The notes beneath the pieces were generated by a model. It worked only from the letters and a program-made list of their open reading frames with translations, was not told the DNA's origin and ran no database searches. Positions 39,286 through 49,183 of a stretch of DNA of 64,000 nucleotides are shown here, one piece after another; position 1 is the first letter of the stretch, and each line of letters opens with the position of its first letter. Made by a program: the position numbers and the translations under genes. The stretch lies in assembly GCA_963668675.2 (NCBI GenBank), contig CAXXMB010000002.1:512001-576000 (forward strand). The letters are read 5' to 3'. Source of the DNA: an uncultured Desulfatitalea sp. (GTDB lineage: Bacteria > Desulfobacterota > Desulfobacteria > Desulfobacterales > Desulfosarcinaceae).

Positions 39286-41610
39286 TTACTCGGCACCCTT
39301 CTTCGATTGTTCGATGGCGTTCAACAGCTCCCTCCCCCTCGATTGAGCGGTAGCATGTCCGGCGAGCCGCACGGCCACCTGCTCTGCCTCATCGAACCTC
39401 TGGCGCTGTAAGTAGAACACGGCCAGGGCGTACAGGTAGTCCGGGTTGTTTGGAGCAAGCGACAGTGCCGTGTTCAATGCATTTTCGGCCTCGTCATCTT
39501 TGCGGGCATGCTGCAGTAGAATCCCCAGGTTGTACTGAATCCGCGAGCGGTCCGGCAAACCCCGCGCGGCCTGTTTCAGATAGAGCACCGCCTCTTCGTA
39601 CTGCTTCATTTCAGCCAGCAGCAACCCCAGAGAATATTGGACCTCATACAGTTCGGGCTGCGCCGCCACCACTTCACGTAGCAGTTTTTCCGCGTCAGCA
39701 TTGTTGCCCATACGGTTATATTGAGTGGCCAGATTGACTTTTGCCGGATAGAAGAGGTCATCGATTTCGATGGCTTTGCGATAGTTTGTGATCGCTTGCT
39801 CAGTCTCTCCCAGATGGACATGCAGGTTGCCCAGGTTGTGGCGAGCCGATGCGAAGTCGCCCAGACGGCGGGTGGCCTTCAGGTATTCGTTCAACGCCGA
39901 GCGGTACCGGGCCTGCAGCTCAACCGGCAAATGGGTGGTCGAGAGGTCGGCCAAACGGGCGGCCGTCTCGATCCTTATGGCCTTGACCGGGTCATAGAGC
40001 ATTGGCCCAAGCCGCCGGACGCGCTCTTTCGGGGAAGCCGTCGGAAAGTGCCTCACGGCGGTATAGCGCACAAGCGCCTCTTCGTCACCAAGGGCGCGCT
40101 CAAAGGCGGCCGCCTGCTCCCGATGCGGGTAAGAGGTCAAGAGGGAGAGTGCCGTGGCGCGAACGATGGTCGGGTAGCGCCGATCTTCGGCCAGTTGGAC
40201 AAGCGCGGGCAACGCCTCCCCGGCACCGCGCCGGCCCTCCGACAGAAGGGTTCCGTAGTGAGGCCGCTTGCGCTGGCCGTACCACTTGAGAACGGCTTCA
40301 CTGGACCAGCGTACCGATTTGTCCTGGTGACAGCGGTTGCAGGCGTTGGGCGACCCAGTGGTGATGGTCAGGTCCGGCTGGGGGATTCTGAAACCGTGAT
40401 CCGGGCGATAGTCGACCCCCATGTAGGTTCGTCCGGGCATGTGGCACGCTTCGCAGCTTGCGCCGCTGCCCACGTCGAATAAAATTTTGCCCTCCGCCGA
40501 TCGGATGGGCTCACCCTCCTCGCCCGCCTTTTTGTGGAAGTGGTGGTCCGCAGTATCATAAAGGGCGGAGCGGTGGCACTGCAGGCAGAGATCATTGCCC
40601 TGTTTGACACGGCGGGCGCTGTGCACGTCGTGACAATCGCTGCAGCGAACATCCTGTTCATACATTTTGCTCTGCATGAACGAACCGTACACATACACTT
40701 CATCCAGGATCTGGCCGTCCGGATAGTAGTATCCGGACGTGAGCAGTTGGGGGATGCCGTAGTCCAGGAAATCGTCATGGTGGTGAATGTTGTCGCCCAG
40801 AGACATGCGCCGCGAGTGACAAGGTGCACACAACTCGATCTGCCGCCGGGCGCTCAATCCGCCGGTCCTCACCTCCAGGGCCGTGTCAACCACCTCGGGC
40901 CGTCCCATTTCAGGCAGTTCGGCCCACTGCACATGGGCGGAACCTGGGCCGTGGCACGCCTCGCAGCCCACACTGATCTCCGACCAGGTGGTCTGATACT
41001 GATCGTCATCCAGATTGTAATGCTTCAGCAGGTTGGTGGAGTGGCATTCGGCACACATGCCGTTCCAGTTCTGGCCGTTGTTGGTCCAGTAGAGCCAATC
41101 CCCAGGATCGATCTTCTGGTCGGGGTAGAGATGGAACCATTTGCGATCGCGCACATCCCAGGCGATGGGCAAACACTGCAAGCGTCCACCGGGAAAGGGC
41201 ACCAGATACTGCTGCAGGGGGAACCAGCCAAAGGTATGGGTGATCTCGAAGTCTCCTATCTGTCCATCCGGCCCCCGGGTATGAACGAAGAACTTACCCT
41301 CCTTGCGATAGAAACGGGCGACCTCATCGAAGTACGTAAACTCGATATCGCTGAAGTCTCCCAGAACGCTCTGACCATCAGCCACGGCCATGGCCATCTC
41401 GTGGTGGGACCCTTTCCACTTGTCATACTCCGCTTTGTGACACTCCGCGCACTTCTGGCTCCCCACAAAAAGGGATGAAAACCGCGCCTGCCCCTCTTCA
41501 GTGGTGGGCGACCGCTGCTCCAGCTGAACATACAACGGAATGGCCAAAACGATCGCCAGAGTGGCGATGAAGCCAGTGATTTTCCACTTTTTCAATCCGT
41601 CGTTAGCCAT
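39286..41610 (-). CDS. Membrane-anchored multiheme c-type cytochrome (8 CXXCH) with HEAT-like and TPR repeats
   Basis: CAECH x2, CEACH x2, CAPCH, CSDCH, CLQCH, CNRCH; N-terminal TM helix; C-terminal NLG/SLG TPR repeats. Confidence 0.9.
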   Translation of the reverse strand: MANDGLKKWKITGFIATLAIVLAIPLYVQLEQRSPTTEEGQARFSSLFVGSQKCAECHKAEYDKWKGSHHEMAMAVADGQSVLGDFSDIEFTYFDEVARFYRKEGKFFVHTRGPDGQIGDFEITHTFGWFPLQQYLVPFPGGRLQCLPIAWDVRDRKWFHLYPDQKIDPGDWLYWTNNGQNWNGMCAECHSTNLLKHYNLDDDQYQTTWSEISVGCEACHGPGSAHVQWAELPEMGRPEVVDTALEVRTGGLSARRQIELCAPCHSRRMSLGDNIHHHDDFLDYGIPQLLTSGYYYPDGQILDEVYVYGSFMQSKMYEQDVRCSDCHDVHSARRVKQGNDLCLQCHRSALYDTADHHFHKKAGEEGEPIRSAEGKILFDVGSGASCEACHMPGRTYMGVDYRPDHGFRIPQPDLTITTGSPNACNRCHQDKSVRWSSEAVLKWYGQRKRPHYGTLLSEGRRGAGEALPALVQLAEDRRYPTIVRATALSLLTSYPHREQAAAFERALGDEEALVRYTAVRHFPTASPKERVRRLGPMLYDPVKAIRIETAARLADLSTTHLPVELQARYRSALNEYLKATRRLGDFASARHNLGNLHVHLGETEQAITNYRKAIEIDDLFYPAKVNLATQYNRMGNNADAEKLLREVVAAQPELYEVQYSLGLLLAEMKQYEEAVLYLKQAARGLPDRSRIQYNLGILLQHARKDDEAENALNTALSLAPNNPDYLYALAVFYLQRQRFDEAEQVAVRLAGHATAQSRGRELLNAIEQSKKGAE

Positions 41611-42130
41611 TGACGCCACTCTTCTTCCGATACACGACCTGCGCTTTGTCGAAGATGGCCCTTTTAATCGGTCGCCCGGTGTCAACAAAAAGTGAATCGT
41701 TCTCTATCCACAATCGATAAAGATCGAGCGCGCGGGGCGCCGGCGGGCTGACGACAGCGCCACTGATATCGAAAACGGATGAATGGCATGGGCAGACAAA
41801 TCGCCTCTCCTTGTCCGACCACGGCACCGTGCATCCCAGGTGGGTGCATCGCCGCGAAAGTGCGAGAAAGCCACCATCTTCAAGACGGACCAGGTAAAAC
41901 GCCCCCCGTGGGAAAGCGGTCACTGAGTTCGGGATAAAATCATCCACTCTTCCCGCTGCGGTCACCGTATCTTTATCTCCCCGCCGATGCTCCTTGCGCG
42001 GTGTGAAGAACGAGACCACGACCCAAGCCAGTTCGGCCAGGGCAACACCGCCCAGAACCAGCCACAGCTTTCGAAAAAACCGTCTCCGCGGCGGCAGCAC
42101 TTCCGCTTTGGGTTTCATTTCGTCATTCAT
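41603..42130 (-). CDS. Rieske [2Fe-2S] protein
   Basis: Tat-like RRRFF, TM helix, CTHLGC and CPCH boxes. Confidence 0.93.
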   Translation of the reverse strand: MNDEMKPKAEVLPPRRRFFRKLWLVLGGVALAELAWVVVSFFTPRKEHRRGDKDTVTAAGRVDDFIPNSVTAFPRGAFYLVRLEDGGFLALSRRCTHLGCTVPWSDKERRFVCPCHSSVFDISGAVVSPPAPRALDLYRLWIENDSLFVDTGRPIKRAIFDKAQVVYRKKSGVNG

Positions 42131-42160
42131 GCGCTTTTCACCCAAGACTTACCTCTGCAA

Positions 42161-43519
42161 TTACCACGGCAGTTTTAGCGCCATGCCTTCTCCCCGGAAC
42201 CATACGTTAACCGCAGTCAGCATCACAAATGCGGTCATCGCGAATGTAAACACGCCCTGTACGGCAATAGGGGTCGACCCCTGGCCGATGTGCCGAAAAG
42301 CCGCATAGAGAGCCGTCAGAACGATGATGATCACGGCAAACGGTATCCATCCGCTGCTTGCCATCCCTTCGAACATCGGAACCACACCTTCATTCAGGAG
42401 CACAGCGGTCGGCGTCAAGACAACGGCCATGGCCACCGCTATCAACGCAACGCGTCGGCCACCCGGCGAAATAAACCAGACGCCGCCCAATGCATCTTCG
42501 TATCTCATGAAAGGAATGGCCATGAGCGCGACACCGAAAACCAGCGGCACCATGCAGACGGCAAAGAAGGGGTGCAGATGCAGCAGCAGCTCCTGGAACC
42601 CGGCAAAGTACCAAGGGGCCCTCGTCGGATTGGGGCTCAATCCGGGATTGGCCGGATCTCCCAACGGCGCATTGATAAAGACAGCAACGAGAAGAACGGC
42701 CGCCATGAGCACCAGCGCCACCACCGCTTCGCGAACTAAAAGCTCCGGCTGCACCGGTACCCTTTGGGCCTTGTCGGCGTTCGGTCGCGGGCGTTGCACG
42801 AGCCCCCCGGCCTTCCGAACGCGCCAGACGTGAAAAGCCATCATTGAGATCAGCATCATGGGAACGACAGCGGTGTGCAATGCGAAAAACAGGCGTAGCG
42901 TTTCCGCTCCCAATTCAGGGCCGGCCAACACTGCCTGCCTTAACAGCTCTCCGAGCCAAGGGATGTATGAAAGCATACTGGTGGATACGGTGACGGCCCA
43001 ATAGGCCAACTGATCCCAAGGCAGCAGATAGCCGGTGAAATTGGCCGCCAGAATTAGCCCCAGTTGCACCAGGCCGACGATCCAGTTGAGCTGTCGGGGG
43101 GGATGGAACGCGCCGGTGAAGAAGACACGCAGCAAATGCAGAAAGGCAATCAGCACCAGGAGATGGGCGCACCCGTGGTGCAGATTGCGTATCAGGCGGC
43201 CGAAAGGCACGTCGTGTATGAGAATCTGCACCGAGGCATGGGCCGCCTGGGGGGTGGGCTCGTATGCGAATTTGAGAAGCACACCGGATATCAGTTGCAG
43301 CAATACCAATACAATGGCCATGCCGCCGAGACCCCACGACAGCGACAATCGAATGGTGGAACCCTCAACCGTGGTGGGTCGAAAGTGGAGTACCAGATTG
43401 CGCAACAGAAATCGTCTGCGCTGCGATTCGGTTCTTGGAACCAGAAAGTCCGGGAAGATCGATTCAACTATTCGCTTCAAAAAAGAGCCCGTTTCCCGGA
43501 CCGGTTTGGATTCACTCAT
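42161..43519 (-). CDS. Cytochrome b (b6 + subunit IV-like fused)
   Basis: Four heme-ligand His in RNLH..LH and ALH..FH, TGYLLPWDQ, and APWY at the PEWY position. Confidence 0.92.
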   Translation of the reverse strand: MSESKPVRETGSFLKRIVESIFPDFLVPRTESQRRRFLLRNLVLHFRPTTVEGSTIRLSLSWGLGGMAIVLVLLQLISGVLLKFAYEPTPQAAHASVQILIHDVPFGRLIRNLHHGCAHLLVLIAFLHLLRVFFTGAFHPPRQLNWIVGLVQLGLILAANFTGYLLPWDQLAYWAVTVSTSMLSYIPWLGELLRQAVLAGPELGAETLRLFFALHTAVVPMMLISMMAFHVWRVRKAGGLVQRPRPNADKAQRVPVQPELLVREAVVALVLMAAVLLVAVFINAPLGDPANPGLSPNPTRAPWYFAGFQELLLHLHPFFAVCMVPLVFGVALMAIPFMRYEDALGGVWFISPGGRRVALIAVAMAVVLTPTAVLLNEGVVPMFEGMASSGWIPFAVIIIVLTALYAAFRHIGQGSTPIAVQGVFTFAMTAFVMLTAVNVWFRGEGMALKLPW

Positions 43520-43609
43520 AAGATGACTTGGGTTTTAGTGATATTGAAAGAACCATATCAAAACTTACCACAAGATAAAACCCTTAAGCCATCTATCCCA
43601 AAACGCCTC

Positions 43610-44077
43610 CTATGGCGATTTGAGTGCTTTTGATAATTGGGGCACCGTATCTTTGGGGCTGATCCGGTACCAGGCCTCAACAATCTTGGCCTCCTCATCA
43701 ATGAGGAAGGCCGACCGGATCACGCCCTCGATGGTCTTGCCGAACATCTTCTTCTCACCCCAGACCCCATAGGCGGAGGCGACGCGATGATCCGGGTCTG
43801 ACAGAAGCGGAAATCCCAGGTTATACTTCTCATCGAATTTTTTCTGCTGGGCCGGAAGATCGGGGCTGATTCCCAGCATGGTCACCCCCAGCGCTTTCAT
43901 TTGGGGCAGTGCGTCCCGCACCGCCTGAGCCTGGACCGTTCACCCGGGGGTATTGGCCTTTGGGTAGAAATAGACAAAGAGTTTGCGACCGGCGTAATCC
44001 TCCAACCCGACGGTTCTCGTCTCCTGATCCGGCAGAGAGAATGCCGGAGCCTGATCTCCTCGTTTCAACTGGGGCAT
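43610..44077 (-). CDS. bcp: Peroxiredoxin BCP/PrxQ, selenoprotein (Sec46)
   Basis: AAGGAG RBS and ATG 44077; FYPKANTPG-TGA(43940-43942)-TVQA with TGA at the peroxidatic Cys; continues in frame into GISPD, FPLLSD, RSAFLID. Confidence 0.92.
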
Positions 44078-44233
44078 TACAACGCTCCTTTTCATCGATA
44101 TGGAAAGAGACAGCGACCGTCCCGAAAACCGCTCCTGATACGCGATCCTCTCTTTAGACGGCTTTCACGATAGAGCAAACTAATAACGGTTATCTCTTGT
44201 GACAAGCCCCAAGGGTTTCCACCGCTTAAAATA

Positions 44234-44262
44234 TTGACACATGCACCATATCCCGCAATATT
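44234..44262 (+). promoter_or_regulatory. Putative sigma70 promoter for the cyclase-family gene
   Basis: TTGACA-17 bp-AATATT. Confidence 0.45.
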
Positions 44263-44361
44263 AATTTCGTCTGTCTTTTCCTGCGACAGTCGGCATCAGC
44301 CACTGCCTACTCTATTTGGTGACGGTTTTTAACATATGCCCAACAAACAACGGAGGACGAC

Positions 44362-45141
44362 ATGGGAAGAAAAATTATCGATCTGTCCATCGCCATCGAG
44401 GCGGGTCTGCCCAGTGACCCGGAGATGATGATCCCGCAAATCGACTACACCGATCACACTCAGGGAGCAGAGCAGATGACAGAGTTCTTTCCCGGGCTCA
44501 AGAAGGAACAACTTCCCGAAGGACTGGGCTGGGCCGTTGAGACGATCCGCCTGACCACCCATTCCGGTACCCATCTGGATGCCCCCTTTCACTACCACCC
44601 CAAAATGGATGGGGGCGCGAAAGCGATTACCATAGACCAGGTGCCGCTCGAATGGTGCTTCCAGGACGGCGTCCTGCTCGATTTCAGCGACAAACCGGAT
44701 GGCGAGCGGATCAGCGCCGATGAGGTCGAGGCCAAGCTGAAAGAGATCGATTACCAGCTCAAGCCATTGGATATCGTACTGGTGCGCACCGGTGCAGACC
44801 GGTTCTGGGGTCGCCCCGAATATCTGGTCAAAGGGGCCGGCATGACCCGCGAATCGACGCTCTACTTGCTGGAACGCGGGGTGAAGGTGGTGGGTATCGA
44901 TGCCTGGTCATGGGACCGCCCCCTTCCCTACCTGGCTCAAGAGTTCCAGGCCAAGGCGGATCCGCGGGTCATCTGGGAGGCCCATTTTGCGGGCATCGAA
45001 CGGGGGTATTGCCACATGGAGAAGATGGCGGATCTGGATAAGATTCCCAAACCACATGGCTTTAAGGTGGCCTGCTTTCCTATCAAGATCAAAAACGCTT
45101 CGGCCGGATGGACGCGACCGGTGGCCATTATCGAAGATTAA
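44362..45141 (+). CDS. Cyclase family metal-dependent hydrolase (kynurenine formamidase-like)
   Basis: IIDLS, HSGTHLDAP.H, LVRTG, VGID, WEAH. Confidence 0.9.
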   Translation: MGRKIIDLSIAIEAGLPSDPEMMIPQIDYTDHTQGAEQMTEFFPGLKKEQLPEGLGWAVETIRLTTHSGTHLDAPFHYHPKMDGGAKAITIDQVPLEWCFQDGVLLDFSDKPDGERISADEVEAKLKEIDYQLKPLDIVLVRTGADRFWGRPEYLVKGAGMTRESTLYLLERGVKVVGIDAWSWDRPLPYLAQEFQAKADPRVIWEAHFAGIERGYCHMEKMADLDKIPKPHGFKVACFPIKIKNASAGWTRPVAIIED

Positions 45142-46063
45142 AAAACCGCTCCACCATCTCGGCGGCGGTTTCCACCTGATCAGGTGCCAGCCAGTTCATA
45201 CCTGCAACGGCCTTGAACCAGGTGAACTGCCGCTTGGCATAGCGGCGGTGGTCGCGCTTGAGGGTTCGCAACGTCTCTTCCCATGAGGTGCGTTCCTGGA
45301 GAAAGCCGACCATGTGGCGGTATCCCAGCGACTGCATCGGTTTGAGGCCCGGATCGAAGCCGAGGGCCAGCAATCCGCGAACCTCCTCAAGCAGGCCGGC
45401 CGCGATCATCTGATCCACCCGCCGGTCGATGCGGGCATAGAGCTGTTCCCGGGGCAGGGTGAGTCCGATCTCCAGGGTTTCGTAGCGTGCCTTACTGAAG
45501 CGGTGGGCATCGTGCAGGTCGCTGATCGAACGCCCAGTCGTCTCGATCACTTCGAGGGCCCGCTGAATGCGGTAAGCGTCATTGGGGTGAATCCGGGCTG
45601 CTGCAGTGGGGTCCCTCTCTTTCAGGTTGGCATGAAGGGCAGCAGCGCCTTCCTCTTTGAGCCTGGATTGGATCCTTTCGCGCACCTCACGATCCGAGGC
45701 CCGTCCCTCGAAAAGGGGCTGGACCAAAGCCTTGATGTACAATCCCGTCCCCCCGACGACAAAGGCCGGGATGTTCTCTTCCAGGAGTTGTTGCACGGAC
45801 TGGTGGGCGCGGCGGCCGTATGCCGCCGCATCAAAAGCCTCATTCGGATCGACGATATCGACCATATGGTGACGAACGGTGGTTCTCTCTGCAGCCGTGG
45901 GCTTGGCCGTCCCGATGTCCATCTGCCGGTAGATCTGCATGGAGTCGGCCCCCACGATCTCCCCGGAAAACCGTTTGGCCAGTTCGATGGCAAAGGAGGT
46001 CTTGCCCACACCGGTGGGACCGCAGACGGTCACTATTTTCGGCAACTCGGAAGTGTTCACCAC
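45128..46063 (-). CDS. miaA: tRNA dimethylallyltransferase
   Basis: GPTGVGKT, DSMQIY, IGTAKP, VGGTGLY, YAKRQ.TW. Confidence 0.96.
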   Translation of the reverse strand: MVNTSELPKIVTVCGPTGVGKTSFAIELAKRFSGEIVGADSMQIYRQMDIGTAKPTAAERTTVRHHMVDIVDPNEAFDAAAYGRRAHQSVQQLLEENIPAFVVGGTGLYIKALVQPLFEGRASDREVRERIQSRLKEEGAAALHANLKERDPTAAARIHPNDAYRIQRALEVIETTGRSISDLHDAHRFSKARYETLEIGLTLPREQLYARIDRRVDQMIAAGLLEEVRGLLALGFDPGLKPMQSLGYRHMVGFLQERTSWEETLRTLKRDHRRYAKRQFTWFKAVAGMNWLAPDQVETAAEMVERFFNLR

Positions 46064-46087
46064 GTTGGAATCGTCGTCAATGCCTTA

Positions 46088-46555
46088 TCAGTCACCCATC
46101 TCCGCCATATAGTCATCGTACATCGTCTCCAGGGAGAGCTTGTGTTTGGCCTCTTCCTGGCACAGCATCTTGAACACCTTCTTCTGCTCTTCGGTTTGAG
46201 CGTTGGCCAACATCTCATTGTAGAGTTTCAATGCCGCCTCTTCACGCTTCATGGCGAACATCAGCAGTTCGTTGTATCCCATGCCGGGATGGTATTCGAC
46301 CTCATCCACGTAATCGCTGCGCTTGATGTCGGTGATCCATTTAAAATTGTAGTCATCCAGTTTCTCACCAACTTTGCCCGCCTTTAGATCCTGCAGAAGC
46401 TTTTCGTGCTTGCGCTCCTCTGTGGAGAACTCCTGGAGCATCTGCTTTTTGCCGCTGAACTGCTCCTGTTTACTGACGTTGATGTAAAACTCGGCGGCCT
46501 CTCTCTCCTTTTCGATCGCAAAATCGATGATATCGTTGAGGTCTTTGAATTGCAT
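46088..46555 (-). CDS. Ferritin-like/rubrerythrin-family protein
   Basis: Two FA..E..A..Y / EExxH helical pairs; AAAGGA RBS. Confidence 0.88.
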   Translation of the reverse strand: MQFKDLNDIIDFAIEKEREAAEFYINVSKQEQFSGKKQMLQEFSTEERKHEKLLQDLKAGKVGEKLDDYNFKWITDIKRSDYVDEVEYHPGMGYNELLMFAMKREEAALKLYNEMLANAQTEEQKKVFKMLCQEEAKHKLSLETMYDDYMAEMGD

Positions 46556-46713
46556 CTGCTTTCCTTTCTGGAAGTTGCGCGGCAGCACCCGGCAATTCAT
46601 GTGCTGCCGAATGGTCGATGGGCATCTCTGTGACGGACCGATTTTCCAGATAATAGCGTCAAATCACCAGACGTCAATACCATTTTAGTCATATTCGGTT
46701 GATTCATCTATTT

Positions 46714-46762
46714 GAATTCGGGTTGAATTCGGGACGAATTCAGGACGAATTCAGGACGAATT
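46714..46762. repeat. Tandem 11-bp repeat (GAATTCRGGAC-like, about 4.5 copies)
   Basis: GAATTCGGGTT GAATTCGGGAC GAATTCAGGAC GAATTCAGGAC GAATT. Confidence 0.85.
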
Positions 46763-46992
46763 GATCGAATGCGTTATCGATTCTATGCACCGCGACGCAT
46801 GAACCGGGACAAGAGCGGCCACACCATTTGGGCATCGCTACATCACAAGCCCCGGCCTGTCAGCAAACAGAGCGCTTTGCTAAAAATGCGGACACAGGTC
46901 TACATCCGCCGCGGCATAAGCGCCCTCCTCAAAAATTCAACAACATTTCGTATTTAATACATAATCGTTAAAAATCGACTTGCACACCACAT

Positions 46993-47007
46993 TGGCACAA
47001 CGCTTGA
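46993..47007 (+). promoter_or_regulatory. Possible sigma54 promoter (non-canonical -12)
   Basis: TGGCACAACGCTTGA has a perfect -24 box but GA instead of GC at -12. Confidence 0.4.
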
Positions 47008-47054
47008 TTGATTTATCGGGAAGTAAACCCAGATAAAATGAGGAGCGCTGAATC

Positions 47055-48413
47055 ATGGACAGAGATGTTATCATTGTAGGTGGTGGACCGGCTGGCATTA
47101 TCACTGCTCTGACTGCCAAAAGTGTCTATCCGGATAAATCGGTCTGTTTGATCAAAGATATCGGCGAAGGCGTTATACCCTGCGCCATACCATACATGAT
47201 GAACAGCCTCAAAGATCCGGCCCAAAACAAAATGGGCAACCAGCCCCTGGAGCAGGCTGGTGTCGAGGTCATCGTCGACCGGGTCGTATCGATCGCGCCG
47301 GAGGAGAAATCGATCGCGCTGAAAGAGGGAGGCAGATTGTCTTACCAGCGCCTGGTGCTGGCAACCGGCATAATCCCTTTCAAGCCGTCAATTCCCGGCA
47401 TGGATCTGGACGGCATCTTCACCATAGAAAAGAGCCTGACCGCGATGGAAGCCCTTCGCTCTGCAGCCCAGGAAGCCAAAAGGGTCGTCATCCTTGGAGG
47501 TGGTTTCATCGGCGCCGAATTTGCCGAGGAGCTCGCCAAGCAGCCGCACACGCAGGTCCATATCGTCGAAATGATGCCCAAAATGCTCTATACCGCCTTT
47601 GATGATGCGTTTTGCGACGCTATCGAAGCCAAGTTGATCGACCTGGGGGTTTACGTGCACACCGGGCGCAAAGTGTCGGCCATCAAAGGCGGAACCAACG
47701 TCGAATCGGTTGCCTTGGACGACAACGAGGAGATTCCTGCGGATCTGCTGATTATCGGCATCGGTGGGCGTCCCAACAGCGATCTGGCCCGAGCAGCCGG
47801 CTTACACATCACCGACGGCGGTTCGATATGGGTGGATGCCTATATGAAAACCAACGCAGAGGATATTTTTGCCGTGGGCGACTGCGCCTTGAAACGCGAC
47901 TTTTTTACGCGGCGTGAAGCGCCCGTCTGGCTGGCGTCCACCGCAACTGCCGAAGCCCGCATTGCAGGAACCAATCTGTTTGGTGTCCGAGTCATGCGCC
48001 AGATCCAGGGAACTATCTCGGCCTTTTCCACGCGGTTGGGAGATACCGCCTTTGCCAGCACTGGGTTAACCTGCCGCGCCTGCCAAAAAGAAGGGTTCAG
48101 GGTAGTCACTGGAGTGGCGGCAGCGCCCGATCGCCATCCGGGCACACTCCCCGACGCCCAGGAAATGAGGGTCAAACTAATTTTTGAAGACAGGGCCGGC
48201 GCGTTGCTGGGCGGGCAAGTTTCAGGGGGACCCTCGGTGGGGGAACTGATCAACGCGATTGCCATCGGTATTCAACTGAAACTCAATGTGCGGGATCTTG
48301 ATATGATGCAAATCGCAACGCATCCACTACTAACCTCGGCTCCCACCGTCCACCCTTTGATCAATGCAGCCCACCAGGCGCTGGCAAAGCTGAGGACCAA
48401 CAGCGCGTTTTAA
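47055..48413 (+). CDS. FAD-dependent pyridine nucleotide-disulfide oxidoreductase (NADH oxidase/CoA-disulfide reductase-like)
   Basis: GGGPAG, single redox Cys in PCAIPY, LATG, GGGFIG, FAVGDC. Confidence 0.9.
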   Translation: MDRDVIIVGGGPAGIITALTAKSVYPDKSVCLIKDIGEGVIPCAIPYMMNSLKDPAQNKMGNQPLEQAGVEVIVDRVVSIAPEEKSIALKEGGRLSYQRLVLATGIIPFKPSIPGMDLDGIFTIEKSLTAMEALRSAAQEAKRVVILGGGFIGAEFAEELAKQPHTQVHIVEMMPKMLYTAFDDAFCDAIEAKLIDLGVYVHTGRKVSAIKGGTNVESVALDDNEEIPADLLIIGIGGRPNSDLARAAGLHITDGGSIWVDAYMKTNAEDIFAVGDCALKRDFFTRREAPVWLASTATAEARIAGTNLFGVRVMRQIQGTISAFSTRLGDTAFASTGLTCRACQKEGFRVVTGVAAAPDRHPGTLPDAQEMRVKLIFEDRAGALLGGQVSGGPSVGELINAIAIGIQLKLNVRDLDMMQIATHPLLTSAPTVHPLINAAHQALAKLRTNSAF

Positions 48414-48930
48414 GCGGATAGCCAAAGACCGGATCGAATTACCCCTCTGGCCCTGGTGTGATACATATAGGTGGTCCGGCCGTTTCAACATCGGAACTTC
48501 AGCGCGCCCCTGTTTATGAACATAATTTCATAAACAGGGGCGCAGCATATCCCTCCATAGATCCCCTTCTGGACTATTTCGAAAAAACCGGCAACATGGC
48601 CAATCAAAGCCCTTGAAAAGCCACTCTGGATCAAGTCATCGCATTTAGCAAATGCTATGATTTCAGGTGGTTTTAGGCTAATGACCAAAAAGGATAGACG
48701 CAATTTGGCATAGATCTTGGCTGTATCCATAGGGGTATAAGACAAGTGGTGGGATTTGAGATGCACCTTCCCGCATAATGCCGGCGTTTGTGGCCTGAAA
48801 TAATCCAAGTCATCACAACGCGCCAACGACCTGATCTGCCACCCTAATCATACCGTGCCGCTCGCGCCGCATCTCTCCATTTCACAATCGAATTCTATTG
48901 ACAAGCCTATCTTCAACATATAGAGGAAAT

Positions 48931-48944
48931 TGAGCGTACGCTCA
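48931..48944. promoter_or_regulatory. Perfect 14-bp palindrome, probable operator upstream of the hdr/flx cluster
   Basis: TGAGCGTACGCTCA lies just downstream of TTGACA at 48898-48903. Confidence 0.55.
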
Positions 48945-49183
48945 GCAAATGAAGTTGGGTTTCATACTGACGCTATGGCTTTAGTGGCCTAAAATGATGT
49001 GGAATTTGAATATCGGCGTATATCGTGATAGGGAATCTGGATGTATATTGAGCTCGCTAATCGATCAAAAATCAGATCTATCCTAAAGTTAATTCCTCAA
49101 ACCGCAATGTTCGTCCCCTCCAATAGAGGCAGGGAACGAATGAGCGGTTTTTGTGTGTAACACATCACGGAAGGGAAAAACCA

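Noticed and set aside
45128..45141. Convergent 14-bp overlap of miaA and the cyclase-family gene
   Set aside because: Common in compact genomes; no functional signal
46714..46762. CRISPR-like array
   Set aside because: Units are 11 bp with no spacers and no cas genes
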